Part shown: positions 1-9,430 of the stretch, piece after piece
Position numbering within the stretch: the first letter of the stretch is position 1
How the letters are laid out: each line of letters starts with the position of its first letter
Assembly: GCA_018971105.1 (NCBI GenBank)
Contig: JAGWVB010000002.1
Coordinates: 513 to 64,512, forward strand
Length of the DNA stretch: 64,000 bases
Source of the DNA: Burkholderiales bacterium
GTDB taxonomy: Bacteria > Pseudomonadota > Gammaproteobacteria > Burkholderiales > Burkholderiaceae_C
Reading direction: 5' to 3'
Notes under the pieces: model-generated
Database searches by the model: none
The model's input: the letters and a program-made list of their open reading frames with translations, nothing else
What the model was told of the DNA's origin: nothing
Position numbers and translations under genes: made by a program

Positions 1-254
1 TCACCGTCGTCGTCGTGCTCAACGTGCGCGGCCGCGTCGTCGGCGCCGTCGTCGACTCGGTGTCGGACGTGCTCGAGCTGAGCAAGGACAACATCAAGCC
101 GTCGCCCGAACTCAATTCGAGCGTCGACGCCTCGTTCATCACCGGCATCGGCACGATCAAGAGCGGCCAGGGCGACAACGAGAGCGAGCGCATGCTGATC
201 CTGATGGACATCGAGGGCCTGATGAGCAGCGCCGACATGGGCCTCATTCAGTAG
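1..254 (+). CDS. cheW: Chemotaxis coupling protein CheW, 5'-truncated by window edge
   Basis: VVVLNVRGRVVGAVVDSVSDVLEL...FITGIG...MLILMDIEGLMS matches the CheW C-terminal pattern. Confidence 0.9.
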   Translation, partial: TVVVVLNVRGRVVGAVVDSVSDVLELSKDNIKPSPELNSSVDASFITGIGTIKSGQGDNESERMLILMDIEGLMSSADMGLIQ

Positions 255-1710
255 TCCCGGTAGCGGACCCCGGCGCCCGGCGCCAGGGGGCGCCGACCCA
301 GATCTGCCACAGCGGGTGCGACGCGAGGCGGACCGCGAGCGCCCAGGCCGCGGCGCCGGCCAGGGCACCCAGCGCGGCCCCCGCGAGCGTGTCGGCCTGC
401 TGCGGCCTGATCAGCCGCAACAGCGCCACCGGCGCAAGCGCCGCGCAGGTCGGCAGCAGGTTGCATCGAACCTGCTCCCAGCCCTCCGCGAGGGTCCAGC
501 GCGTCACCGCCTGCAGATGCCATTGGGCCCAGGCCACGCCGAGCAGCGAGGCTGCGAGCAGCCCCCAGCAGGCGCCCTCGAGACCCTGGGTCGCGCCGCC
601 GGCCAGGCCCAGGATCTGCGTCGTCTGCAGGCACAGCTGCAGGCGCGTGGCCTCGCGCACCGCGCCATGGGCCACGAGCGCGTCCTTGGCCACCATATGG
701 ATCAGGTCGATGGCCCCGACACCGCACAGCAGGGCCGCCAGCGGCACGCTGGCGGCCCATTGATCGCCGTACACGAGGCGGATCAGCGGCCGGGCTTCGA
801 GGCCCAGGAATCCCAGCAGCGGCCACCCGATGCCGATGAAGAACGCCATGTTGCGACCGTAGGCGTGGCGGAAGTCCCCGCTTTCCCGCACGGCGCGCGC
901 GAAATACGGCAGGCAGATCGGCGTCACGACGCGCGCGACCAGCTGGTTGAACATCTGCGTCAAACCGTAGCCCCGGCTGAACATCGCGACGCTGGTCAGG
1001 CCGAGCATCCGGCCCAGGATCATCTCGGGGGCGCCCCGGCCCAGTTGCGCCAGCAGGTTGGCACTGCCCGCCCAGCCGCCGATGCGCACCACTTCGCCGA
1101 GGCCCTGCAACGCGGGCCAGCGCGGGAAGCCGCGCGGACGCATGGCCAGCGACACCGCGACCGAGGTTGCGACACCGGCCAGCGATGACCAGGCCAGGCT
1201 CATCGCACCCTGGCCGCGCAGCGCAAGGACGACCGCGACGACCAGGCCGACCGCGTCGGAAGCGGCGCTGGCGATGAACATGGGACGGAAATTCATCTCC
1301 CGCCTGAAGCAGGCGAATCCGATGGCGCCGAATGGAATGAGGATGAAATTGCAGGCCTGCACATGCAGCAGGCCCGCGATCTCGGCCGAGCCGTAGAACC
1401 GGCTCAATGGGGCCGCCGCAGCGTAGATCACCAGCCCCGCGAACCAGGATACGATCAAATTGAGCGTGAACGCGGCCCGAATCCGGGCCGGCGTCAATTC
1501 CCGGGCCTGGATCAGGTATTCGCCGACGCCGAAGTCCCTGAACATGCTCGCCAGCGCGCGAAACACGGCAGCCACGGCGAAAACACCGATTTCAGCAGGC
1601 GTCAGCACCCGCGACAGGATCGCCGTGGAGGCGAATTGCATCGCGACGCCGAGATAGCTGCGCGCCGCCAGGAAGGCGATCGATCGATGCGCGCGGGCCC
1701 TCAATGCCAA
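244..1710 (-). CDS. Wzx/WzxC-type polysaccharide flippase (MOP superfamily)
   Basis: 488 aa, many hydrophobic segments; ILSRVLTPAEIGVFA, FRDFGVGEYLIQ, ILGRMLG motifs; TTG start with GGAG upstream. Confidence 0.85.
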   Translation of the reverse strand: MALRARAHRSIAFLAARSYLGVAMQFASTAILSRVLTPAEIGVFAVAAVFRALASMFRDFGVGEYLIQARELTPARIRAAFTLNLIVSWFAGLVIYAAAAPLSRFYGSAEIAGLLHVQACNFILIPFGAIGFACFRREMNFRPMFIASAASDAVGLVVAVVLALRGQGAMSLAWSSLAGVATSVAVSLAMRPRGFPRWPALQGLGEVVRIGGWAGSANLLAQLGRGAPEMILGRMLGLTSVAMFSRGYGLTQMFNQLVARVVTPICLPYFARAVRESGDFRHAYGRNMAFFIGIGWPLLGFLGLEARPLIRLVYGDQWAASVPLAALLCGVGAIDLIHMVAKDALVAHGAVREATRLQLCLQTTQILGLAGGATQGLEGACWGLLAASLLGVAWAQWHLQAVTRWTLAEGWEQVRCNLLPTCAALAPVALLRLIRPQQADTLAGAALGALAGAAAWALAVRLASHPLWQIWVGAPWRRAPGSATGTTE

Positions 1711-1902
1711 CTCCGATGATCGGAATCGTCCGATGTGGATAAATCGTGGTCACCCATGCATCACCAACGAATCGCAGCGTTTTGATTTATTCATTCGAAT
1801 TCTAGGCACCGGCGGGAAAGACCTTGAACCGGCGCCGGCATTGGCGGTCGGCCGGCCCGACCGACGCTCGCAGCCTGCCTGCGCCCCATCCCCGCGGGCT
1901 GG

Positions 1903-4461
1903 CTAGACGGCCCCGGCGCGCCGGAGCGTCTCGACCACCGGGCGCCGCAGCACCTCGCGCAGGCCCCACCAGCCCGCCGCCTGCGCCAGCAGCGCGCCGG
2001 CGACGATGCCCGCCAGCGGCACCCAGGGCGAAGGGTGCCAGCTGAAATCGAAGACCCGGTGCGCGAGCAGCCAGCCCAGCACGACCGCGGCGACCGATGC
2101 CAGCAGGCCCGCGAGCGCTCCGACGCCGAGCAGCTCGGCGCGCTGCACCTGCGCCAGCAGCCGGGCGCCGGCACCCAGCGCGCGCATCACCGCGAACTCG
2201 CGCGCGCGCGCCTCGCGCGTCGCGCTCACCGCGGCGAACAGCACGACGAGGCCGGCGGCGAGCGTGAAGGCGAACAGGAACTGGACCGCCGCGATGACCT
2301 GGTCGAGCACCGCCTGCACCTGGGCGATGGTGGCCGAGACGTCGATGTCGGTGATGTTCGGGAAGCGGCGCGCCAGCGAAGCGTCGAAGCCATGCTGCGG
2401 CGGCGCGCGGAAGGCGCTGATGTAGCTCAGCGGCAGGTCGTCCATGCGCGCGAGCGGGAAGAGGACGAAGAAGTTCGGCCGCATCGATCCCCAGTCGACC
2501 TTGCGCAGGCTGGTGATGCGGCCCTCGCGGAACTGGCCCGCGATGTCGAAGCGCAGCGTGTCGCCGAGCTTCAGGCCGAGTTCCTGCGCCAGCCCCTGCT
2601 CGACCGAGATCGCGCCCGCCTCGTCGGCGACCCAGCGCCCCGCGACGACGTCGTTCTTCGGCGGCAGCACGGCGCTGTGGCTGAGGTTGAACTCGCGTTC
2701 GACGAGGCGGCGCGCACGCGCGTCGGCGTAGTTCGAGGCCCGCACCGGGGCGCCGTCGACGGCGACCAGGCGGCCGCGGATCATCGGGTACCAGTCGTAG
2801 CGCGCGACGCCGCCGGCGGTCAAGGCGGCGCGGAAATCGCCGGCCTGGTCGGGCTGGATGTTGATGACGAAGCGGTCGGGCGCGTCGGGCGGCGTCGCCT
2901 CGCGCCAGCTCGCGATGAGGTCGGTGCGCAGCAGGATCAGCAGCACGAGCGCGAGCAGACCGACCGCCAGCGCCGAGACCTGGAGCACGGCATAGGCCGG
3001 CCGCGCACCGACCTGGCGCGTCGCCAGCAGCAGCCAGCGCGGCGCGCCGGCGGCCGGCACGAGGCGCAGCATCAGCCGCACGGCGGCCCAGGACGCGACG
3101 GCGAAGAAGGCGACCGCGGCGGCGAAGCCGCCGACCGCGATCAGCCCCATGCGCAGGTCCGAGGTCGCCGCCAGCAGCAGCGCGACGAAGCCGACGAGGC
3201 CCGCGGCCAGCACCGCGAGCGAGGCCGGCGCGAGCGCGCCGACATCGCGCCGGATCACGCGCAGCGGCGGCACGCGCGCGAGCTGCAGCACCGGCGGCAG
3301 CCCGAAGGCCAGCAGCAGCGTCATGCCGATGCCGAGGCCGAACAGCGCCGGTCCCGGCCCCGGCGGCGGCAGGTCGACGGCGACGAGTCCGGCAAGCAAC
3401 GCGACGAACACGCCATGCAGCGCGAGGCCGACGAGCAGGCCGAGCCCGCTCGCGGCGAGGCCGACGAGGCCGAACTCGATCGCGTAAGCGCCGGCGATGC
3501 GGCGCTGCGAGAGCCCGAGCACGCGCAGCATCGCGCAGCCGTCGAGCCGGCGCGCCGCGAAGTCGCGCGCCGCGATCGCCACCGCCACCGCGGCCAGCAG
3601 CGCCGCCAGCAGCGCGACGAGATTGAGGAACTTGGTGGCGCGGTCCAGCGCCTGCTTCATCTCGGGGCGGCCGCTCTCGACGCTCTGGATGCGGATGCCG
3701 CGCAGCGATTGCGCGCGCACGCGCTCGCGGCACCAGTCGGTGTAGCGGCGCACGGTGGCGTCGCCGCGCGCCACGCTCCACCCCGCCGGCGCGGCGACGG
3801 CCAGGCGGTAGCCGATGCGGCTGGCCGGCTGCACCAGACCGGTGGCCGGCAGGTCGGTCAGCGCCAGCATCACGCGCGGCGCGAAGCTCGTGAAGCCGGT
3901 GCCGCGGTCGGGCTCGACGACGATGAGGCGGGTGATCTTCAGCGTCGCGTCGCCCAGCTGGAGCGTGTCGCCGAGCCGCAGCTGCAGCGCGTCCAGCAGC
4001 GAGGCGTCGACCCAGGCCTGGCCCGGCGGCGGCGCGGCGGCCAGCACCTGCACCGGGCCGTCGGGCCGCTGGCGCAACTGCATGCGTCCGCGCAGCGGGT
4101 AGGCGGCGTCGACCGCCTTGACGGCGACGAGCCGGGTCGCGCCACCGCGGTCGTCGGGGGCACGCGCCATGCTCGGGAAGGTGGCCGAGTCGCTTGTGCG
4201 CAGGCCGAGCGCGCGCGCCTGGGCCGCGAATGCGGGCGGCGTGACCTCGTCGCTCTCGATCACGGCGTCGCCGCCGAGCAGCTGGTACGAATCGCGCTGC
4301 AGGCCGGCATCGAGCCGGTCGGCGAAGAAGCCGACGGCCGTCAGCGCGGCCACCGCGAGCAGCACGGCGAAAACGAGCAGGCGCAACTCGCCGGCGCGCA
4401 GGTCGCGCCGCGTCTGGCGCCAGGCCAGCAGGGCGATCGAAGGGGGGCGTGGATGGGACAT
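1903..4461 (-). CDS. YbbP-like FtsX-family ABC transporter permease
   Basis: 852 aa, duplicated FtsX architecture; LAWRQTRRDLRAGELRLL, FVINIQPDQ, EREFNLS, RKVDWGSMRPNFFV. Confidence 0.9.
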   Translation of the reverse strand: MSHPRPPSIALLAWRQTRRDLRAGELRLLVFAVLLAVAALTAVGFFADRLDAGLQRDSYQLLGGDAVIESDEVTPPAFAAQARALGLRTSDSATFPSMARAPDDRGGATRLVAVKAVDAAYPLRGRMQLRQRPDGPVQVLAAAPPPGQAWVDASLLDALQLRLGDTLQLGDATLKITRLIVVEPDRGTGFTSFAPRVMLALTDLPATGLVQPASRIGYRLAVAAPAGWSVARGDATVRRYTDWCRERVRAQSLRGIRIQSVESGRPEMKQALDRATKFLNLVALLAALLAAVAVAIAARDFAARRLDGCAMLRVLGLSQRRIAGAYAIEFGLVGLAASGLGLLVGLALHGVFVALLAGLVAVDLPPPGPGPALFGLGIGMTLLLAFGLPPVLQLARVPPLRVIRRDVGALAPASLAVLAAGLVGFVALLLAATSDLRMGLIAVGGFAAAVAFFAVASWAAVRLMLRLVPAAGAPRWLLLATRQVGARPAYAVLQVSALAVGLLALVLLILLRTDLIASWREATPPDAPDRFVINIQPDQAGDFRAALTAGGVARYDWYPMIRGRLVAVDGAPVRASNYADARARRLVEREFNLSHSAVLPPKNDVVAGRWVADEAGAISVEQGLAQELGLKLGDTLRFDIAGQFREGRITSLRKVDWGSMRPNFFVLFPLARMDDLPLSYISAFRAPPQHGFDASLARRFPNITDIDVSATIAQVQAVLDQVIAAVQFLFAFTLAAGLVVLFAAVSATREARAREFAVMRALGAGARLLAQVQRAELLGVGALAGLLASVAAVVLGWLLAHRVFDFSWHPSPWVPLAGIVAGALLAQAAGWWGLREVLRRPVVETLRRAGAV

Positions 4462-4562
4462 GACCGGACCTTAGCCGAATTGCGGCTTGCCCGGCGCGGC
4501 GCAGAATCCTGCGTGCAACGCCGCTGAACGCGCCCTCCTGCGGCCGATGTTCCAATCCAGGC

Positions 4563-5414
4563 ATGGACACGCTGCCCCCGCTCTTCCTCTCGCATGGCTC
4601 GCCGATGATCGCGCTCGAACCGCGCGCGGCGGGTGCCTTCATCGCGCGCCTGGGACCGGCGATCGACGCCGCCTTCGGGCGCCCGCGCGCCATCCTCGCC
4701 ATCTCGGGTCACACGCTGACGCGCGAACCGGCGTTGCTGGCCGCGCCGCGCCACGAGGCGGTGTACGACTTCGGCGGCTTCGACCCGCGGCTCTACGAGA
4801 TGCGCTACGACGCGCCCGGCGCGCCGGCGCTGGCCGGCCGCGTCGCCGAGCGGCTGCAGTCCGTCGGCCTGCCGGCGCACCGCGTCGACGCGGGTGGCCT
4901 CGACCATGGCATCTGGACGGCGCTGAAATATGCCTACCCGGGCGCCGACGTGCCGGTGCTGCCGCTGGGCTGGCCGCCGAACTGGGCCCCGCGCCGGCTG
5001 TTCGAGCTCGGCGCGGCGCTGGCGCCGCTGGCCGACGAGGGCGTGCTCATCGTCGGCACCGGCGGCATCACGCACAACCTGCGCCGCATCTTCGCCGGCG
5101 GCCTGCGCGTCGACGCCGACCAGGCCGTCACGCCCGAGAGCCTGGCGTTCCGCGACTGGTTCGCCGCGCGCACGGCGGCGGCTGACTGGGAAGCCCTGTT
5201 CGACTACCGGACCCTTGCTCCCCACGCGGTGCTGATGCACCCGACCGACGAGCATCTGCTGCCGTTCTTCGTCGCCGCCGGTGCCGGGGGCAATGGTCCG
5301 GCGCTGCGCATCCACGCCAGCCACACGCATGGCGACCTCGGCATGGACGCCTACGCCTTCGGCGCGACGGCCGCCCGGCTCGCCGCAGCCACGGCCGAGA
5401 CGGTCGCGGCCTAG
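4563..5414 (+). CDS. Extradiol ring-cleavage dioxygenase, LigB/DODA (YgiD-like) family
   Basis: LFLSHGSPM, GLDHGIW, GTGGITHNL, HPTDEHLLP motifs. Confidence 0.9.
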   Translation: MDTLPPLFLSHGSPMIALEPRAAGAFIARLGPAIDAAFGRPRAILAISGHTLTREPALLAAPRHEAVYDFGGFDPRLYEMRYDAPGAPALAGRVAERLQSVGLPAHRVDAGGLDHGIWTALKYAYPGADVPVLPLGWPPNWAPRRLFELGAALAPLADEGVLIVGTGGITHNLRRIFAGGLRVDADQAVTPESLAFRDWFAARTAAADWEALFDYRTLAPHAVLMHPTDEHLLPFFVAAGAGGNGPALRIHASHTHGDLGMDAYAFGATAARLAAATAETVAA

Positions 5415-5456
5415 CAGCCGTCCGGCTCGCCGCCGGGCGCGGTCGAGCCGCGGCCC

Positions 5457-6515
5457 TCAGGCCGAAGCGGCGGGGGCGGCGGCGAAGGCGGCGTCCAGCG
5501 CCGCGAACCACCCGGCCTTGCGTTCCGACGTCGCGAACGCGGCCTCGAAGCCGTTGCGCGCGAGCCGGTAGGCGTGCTCGCGCCCGAGCTGCGGCAGCGC
5601 GTCGAAGGCGGCGAGGTAGTTGTCGACGAGGTAGCCGCCGAAATAGGCCGGGTCGTCGCTGTTGACCATCGCGCACAGCCCGGCTTCGAGCAGCGCCGGC
5701 AGATTGTGGTCGGCCATCTTGTCGAACACGCGCAGCTTGACGTTGGACAGCGGGCAGACCGTCAGCGGCACGCGCGCGGCGGCCAGGCGCTGCACGAGGG
5801 CCGCGTCCTCGAGGCAGCGCACGCCATGGTCGATGCGCTCGACATGCAGGCGATCCAGCGCACTGCGGATGTAGGCGGGCGGCCCCTCCTCGCCAGCATG
5901 GGCCACGAGGTGCAGCCCGAGCTCGCGGCAGCGCGCGTAGACGCGCTCGAACTTCTCGGGCGGGTGGCCGCGCTCGCTGCTGTCCAGGCCGATGCCGATG
6001 AAATGCTGCCGGTGGGGCAGCGCCTGCTCGAGCGTCGCGAAGGCCGCCTCATCGCTCAGGTGGCGCAGGAAGCACAGGATGAGGTCGGCGCTGATGCCGA
6101 GCTCGGACTCGGCGCGGCGGCAGGCGCGGGCCAGGCCGAGGATCACGGCTTCGATGGGCACGCCGCGCTCGGTGTGCGTCTGCGGGTCGAAGAAGATCTC
6201 GGCGCGCACCACGTGGTCGGCGGCGGCACGCTCGAAATAGGCCCAGGCCATCGCAAAGAAGTCTTCCTCCTTCAGCAGCACGCTGGCGCCGGCGTAATAG
6301 ATGTCGAGAAAGCTCTGCAGATCGGTGAAGGCGTAGGCGGCGCGCAGCGCCTCGACGCTGGCGTAGGGCAGCGCGACGCCGTTGCGCGCCGCGAGCGCGA
6401 AGATCAGCTCGGGTTCGAGCGAGCCTTCGATGTGGATGTGCAGCTCGGCCTTGGGCATCGCGCGCAGCAGGGCGTGCAACGAGGAACGATCGGTGGCGGT
6501 TCGTGGGTTCGTCAT
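5457..6515 (-). CDS. add: Adenine/adenosine deaminase
   Basis: MPKAELHIHIEGSLEP, VAHAGEEG, ERIDHG, TVCPLSN, NSDDPAYFGG; start placed at MTNPR (6515). Confidence 0.92.
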   Translation of the reverse strand: MTNPRTATDRSSLHALLRAMPKAELHIHIEGSLEPELIFALAARNGVALPYASVEALRAAYAFTDLQSFLDIYYAGASVLLKEEDFFAMAWAYFERAAADHVVRAEIFFDPQTHTERGVPIEAVILGLARACRRAESELGISADLILCFLRHLSDEAAFATLEQALPHRQHFIGIGLDSSERGHPPEKFERVYARCRELGLHLVAHAGEEGPPAYIRSALDRLHVERIDHGVRCLEDAALVQRLAAARVPLTVCPLSNVKLRVFDKMADHNLPALLEAGLCAMVNSDDPAYFGGYLVDNYLAAFDALPQLGREHAYRLARNGFEAAFATSERKAGWFAALDAAFAAAPAASA

Positions 6516-6670
6516 GGCGGCGGCTGGTTGGCGTCGGCCCATCACTGTAACTGTCCACGCCGGCTGGCGGTCTCCGCGCACGGTCGTCCACGGTCGTCAT
6601 CAATACCGACGACGCCTGCAACCCGGCCTCGCCTGCGCATGGACATCTGCGCGGGGTCAGCCGGCATAGT

Positions 6671-7219
6671 ATGGGGAATCCCGTGGCCCCGACGACGACG
6701 ACATTCGCGATGCCTATGTCGACCCGCATCCTGCGGCACCTGCACCTCTGGTCCTGCGTGGCTCTGTGCTCGCTGCCCTGTGCGGCCGCCCCGGCGCAGG
6801 ACGCGCTGGCGCAACTGCAACTCGAAGCGCGGCTGTTCCAGAGCACCTCGGGAACCTTCTCGGCCGATGTGCTGGCACCGGGCGGACCCGAACTGTGGAA
6901 CGTGGTGACCGGCCCGGATTCGTCGACGGCGATGCTCGTGGTCGTGGCGGTGAAGCTGGCTCCAGGCGCCGTCCTGCGTGCACAGACGCCGGTGCGGCTG
7001 ATCGCGCGCGAACAGGCGACTCGCGGCGGCCACCGACGGATCCTGCTGGACCGCAGCCTGCCACTCGGTGCGCTGGCGCGCGGCGGCACGACGCATCTCG
7101 CCTTCTGGTTGCAGGGCACCGGGTGCCGCCCGCTGGATCTGCAGGTCACCATGCGCGCGGCGGATGCCGCGGCGCCGCTGTCGGCCGCGGCCACGGTACC
7201 GTTCGCTTGCGGCGAGTAG
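6671..7219 (+). CDS. Hypothetical secreted protein
   Basis: 182-aa ORF with signal-peptide-like segment ending AAAPA-QD, beta-rich body, C-terminal PFACGE; no family recognised. Confidence 0.65.
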   Translation: MGNPVAPTTTTFAMPMSTRILRHLHLWSCVALCSLPCAAAPAQDALAQLQLEARLFQSTSGTFSADVLAPGGPELWNVVTGPDSSTAMLVVVAVKLAPGAVLRAQTPVRLIAREQATRGGHRRILLDRSLPLGALARGGTTHLAFWLQGTGCRPLDLQVTMRAADAAAPLSAAATVPFACGE

Positions 7220-7271
7220 GCAGGCGGCAGGGAAGTCCTGCGCGCCCGACCACGGAGCGACGGGCGGACTC

Positions 7272-7716
7272 ATGCAAACAGGGAACGCCACCTGGGACAA
7301 GCGGGTGGGCGTCGTCGCGCCCGGATGATCCGCGCTGCCTGTGCTGCAGGGCGGCCGCATCGTCTGCCTCGAGGCCACGGGCGAGGAGTTGCAGCGCAAG
7401 CTGGCGGCGCATCTGCAGGCTTCGGGTCGCATGCGCTGGTCGGTATCCGGTTCGAACTACCGCTGCGACCTGGGCCTGGGCGGCACGCAGGTGGACGTGG
7501 GCACGGCGGCACAGATCTGGAACCTGGATGCGACGCTGACCCCGGCCACCTTGACGCAGACGCTGCGGGCCGCCGCCGCTGCTCGCAAGCAGCCACCACC
7601 CGAAGCGGCCACGGCTGCCGATGTGCAGACCCTGCGCCAGGCGCTGCGCGAACAGTTCGATCTGGCGGACGCGAACGGGGCGAACTGGACGCCTTGGCGG
7701 CCCTGCCCGCGGTCGA
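7272..7716 (+). pseudogene. Possible disrupted hypothetical gene with in-frame TGA
   Basis: ATG 7272 MQTGNATWDKRVGVVAPG, TGA 7326-7328, same frame continues SALPVLQGGRIVCLEATG... and runs into the lipA 3' end without a stop. Confidence 0.3.
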
Positions 7717-8685
7717 TTACGACGACGCGACGCCGACGGTCACGCCCGCCGCATGCGCCTGCTCGTCGGCGTGGTAGCTGCTGCGCACCATCGCGCCGAC
7801 GGCGGCGTGCGAGAAGCCCATCGCCATCGCCTCGCGCTCGAACATCGCGTAGGTGTCGGGATGCACATAGCGCCGCACCGGCAGGTGGTGGCCGCTGGGC
7901 GCGAGGTACTGGCCGATGGTCAGCATCTCGATGCCATGCTCGCGCATCTCGCGCATCACCTGCAGGATCTCCTCGTCGGTCTCGCCCAGGCCGACCATGA
8001 GCCCGCTCTTCGTCGGCACGCCGGGCACTTCCTGCTTGAAGCGCTGCAGCAGGCTCAGGCTGAATTGGTAGTCGGACCCCGGTCGCGCCTCCTTGTACAG
8101 GCGCGGGATGGTCTCGAGGTTGTGGTTCATCACGTCGGGCGGCGCGGCCTTGAGGATCTCGAGCGCGCGGTCGGCGCGGCCGCGGAAATCGGGCACCAGG
8201 ATCTCGATGCGCGTGGCCGGCGAGAGCTCGCGCGTGCGCCGGATGCAATCGACGAAATGCTGGGCGCCGCCGTCACGCAGGTCGTCGCGGTCGACGCTGG
8301 TGATGACGACGTACTGCAGCTTCAGCGCCGCGATCGTGCGCGCGAGGTTCTCGGGTTCGGCCGCGTCGAGCGGGTCGGGCCGGCCATGGCCGACGTCGCA
8401 GAACGGGCAGCGCCGCGTGCACTTGTCGCCCATGATCATGAAGGTCGCCGTGCCCTTGCCGAAGCATTCGCCGATGTTCGGGCACGAGGCTTCCTCGCAG
8501 ACGGTGTGCAACCGGTGCTCGCGCAGGATCTGCTTGATCTCGTAGAAGCGCGTCGACGGCGAACCGGCCTTGACGCGGATCCACGCCGGCTTCTTCAGCG
8601 TCTCGGCGGGGACGATCTTGATCGGGATGCGCGAGGTCTTGGCCTGCGATTTCTGCTTGGCGGTGGGGTCGTAGGCCGTCGACAT
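7717..8685 (-). CDS. lipA: Lipoyl synthase (radical SAM)
   Basis: [26 protein letters not shown] motifs. Confidence 0.98.
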   Translation of the reverse strand: MSTAYDPTAKQKSQAKTSRIPIKIVPAETLKKPAWIRVKAGSPSTRFYEIKQILREHRLHTVCEEASCPNIGECFGKGTATFMIMGDKCTRRCPFCDVGHGRPDPLDAAEPENLARTIAALKLQYVVITSVDRDDLRDGGAQHFVDCIRRTRELSPATRIEILVPDFRGRADRALEILKAAPPDVMNHNLETIPRLYKEARPGSDYQFSLSLLQRFKQEVPGVPTKSGLMVGLGETDEEILQVMREMREHGIEMLTIGQYLAPSGHHLPVRRYVHPDTYAMFEREAMAMGFSHAAVGAMVRSSYHADEQAHAAGVTVGVASS

Positions 8686-8718
8686 GGTGGCTGGGCGCCT
8701 TCGGGGAAAGTCCCGATT

Positions 8719-9381
8719 TTACGGCGCCAGCCGTCGCTGCAGGGCCCGCGCCAGCCGCGCGGCCGCCTCGTCCCAGCCCACGTCGACGCCGCAGCGCCGC
8801 AGGTCCACCGTCTCGAGCCCGGCGTAGCCGCAGGGGTCGATGCGGTCATAGGGTTCGAGGTCCATCGCGACGTTCAGCGCCACGCCGTGGTACGCGCGGT
8901 GGTTCGTGACCTTGATGCCGAGCGCGGCGATCTTGCCCAGTCCGGCGAAGGGATGGCCGGCGTCGACCTCGAGCAGCGCGTGCGAGCGCGGGTCGGCCAG
9001 CCGCACATAGATGCCCGGCGCGCTGCGCACGCGATGGCCGACGACGCCCCAGGTCCATAGCGTGTCGATCACCGCCTCCTCGATGCGGTACACATATTCC
9101 TTGACGTAGATGCCCAGCCGCCGCAGGTCGACGAGCGGGTAGGCGACGACCTGGCCCGGGCCGTGGTAAGTGACCTGGCCGCCGCGGTCGGTGCGCACGA
9201 CCGGGATGCCGCCGGGCGCCAGCACATGGGCGTCGCGCCCGGCGATGCCCTGGGTGTAGACGGGATCGTGCTCGACGAGCCAGAGTTCGTCGGCGCTGTC
9301 GGCGCCGCGCGCCGCGGTGTGGGCGCGCATCGCGGTTTCGACTTCGAGGTAGGGCCGCCGGCCCAGCGTCAGGACATGCAT
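8719..9381 (-). CDS. lipB: Octanoyltransferase
   Basis: [38 protein letters not shown]; directly upstream of lipA. Confidence 0.97.
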   Translation of the reverse strand: MHVLTLGRRPYLEVETAMRAHTAARGADSADELWLVEHDPVYTQGIAGRDAHVLAPGGIPVVRTDRGGQVTYHGPGQVVAYPLVDLRRLGIYVKEYVYRIEEAVIDTLWTWGVVGHRVRSAPGIYVRLADPRSHALLEVDAGHPFAGLGKIAALGIKVTNHRAYHGVALNVAMDLEPYDRIDPCGYAGLETVDLRRCGVDVGWDEAAARLARALQRRLAP

Positions 9382-9430
9382 CGGACTGCGCAGTCTACGG
9401 TCCCGGCCGCGCGCCGTCTCGCGCCGCGGC

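Noticed and set aside
1903-4461. YbbP permease as exporter of the GG peptide
   Set aside because: No C39 peptidase or ATPase domain; family not linked to GG-leader processing
6516-6670. Purine or xanthine riboswitch upstream of add
   Set aside because: Small hairpin and GACGACCGTG direct repeat present, but no conserved aptamer core that I can recognise; an Infernal/Rfam scan would settle it
7326-7328. Selenocysteine read-through at the in-frame TGA
   Set aside because: No redox-motif context and no convincing SECIS hairpin beyond generic GC pairing
7717-8685. LipA as a radical-SAM maturase for the GG peptide
   Set aside because: Canonical lipoyl synthase motifs and pairing with lipB; no SPASM or RRE domain
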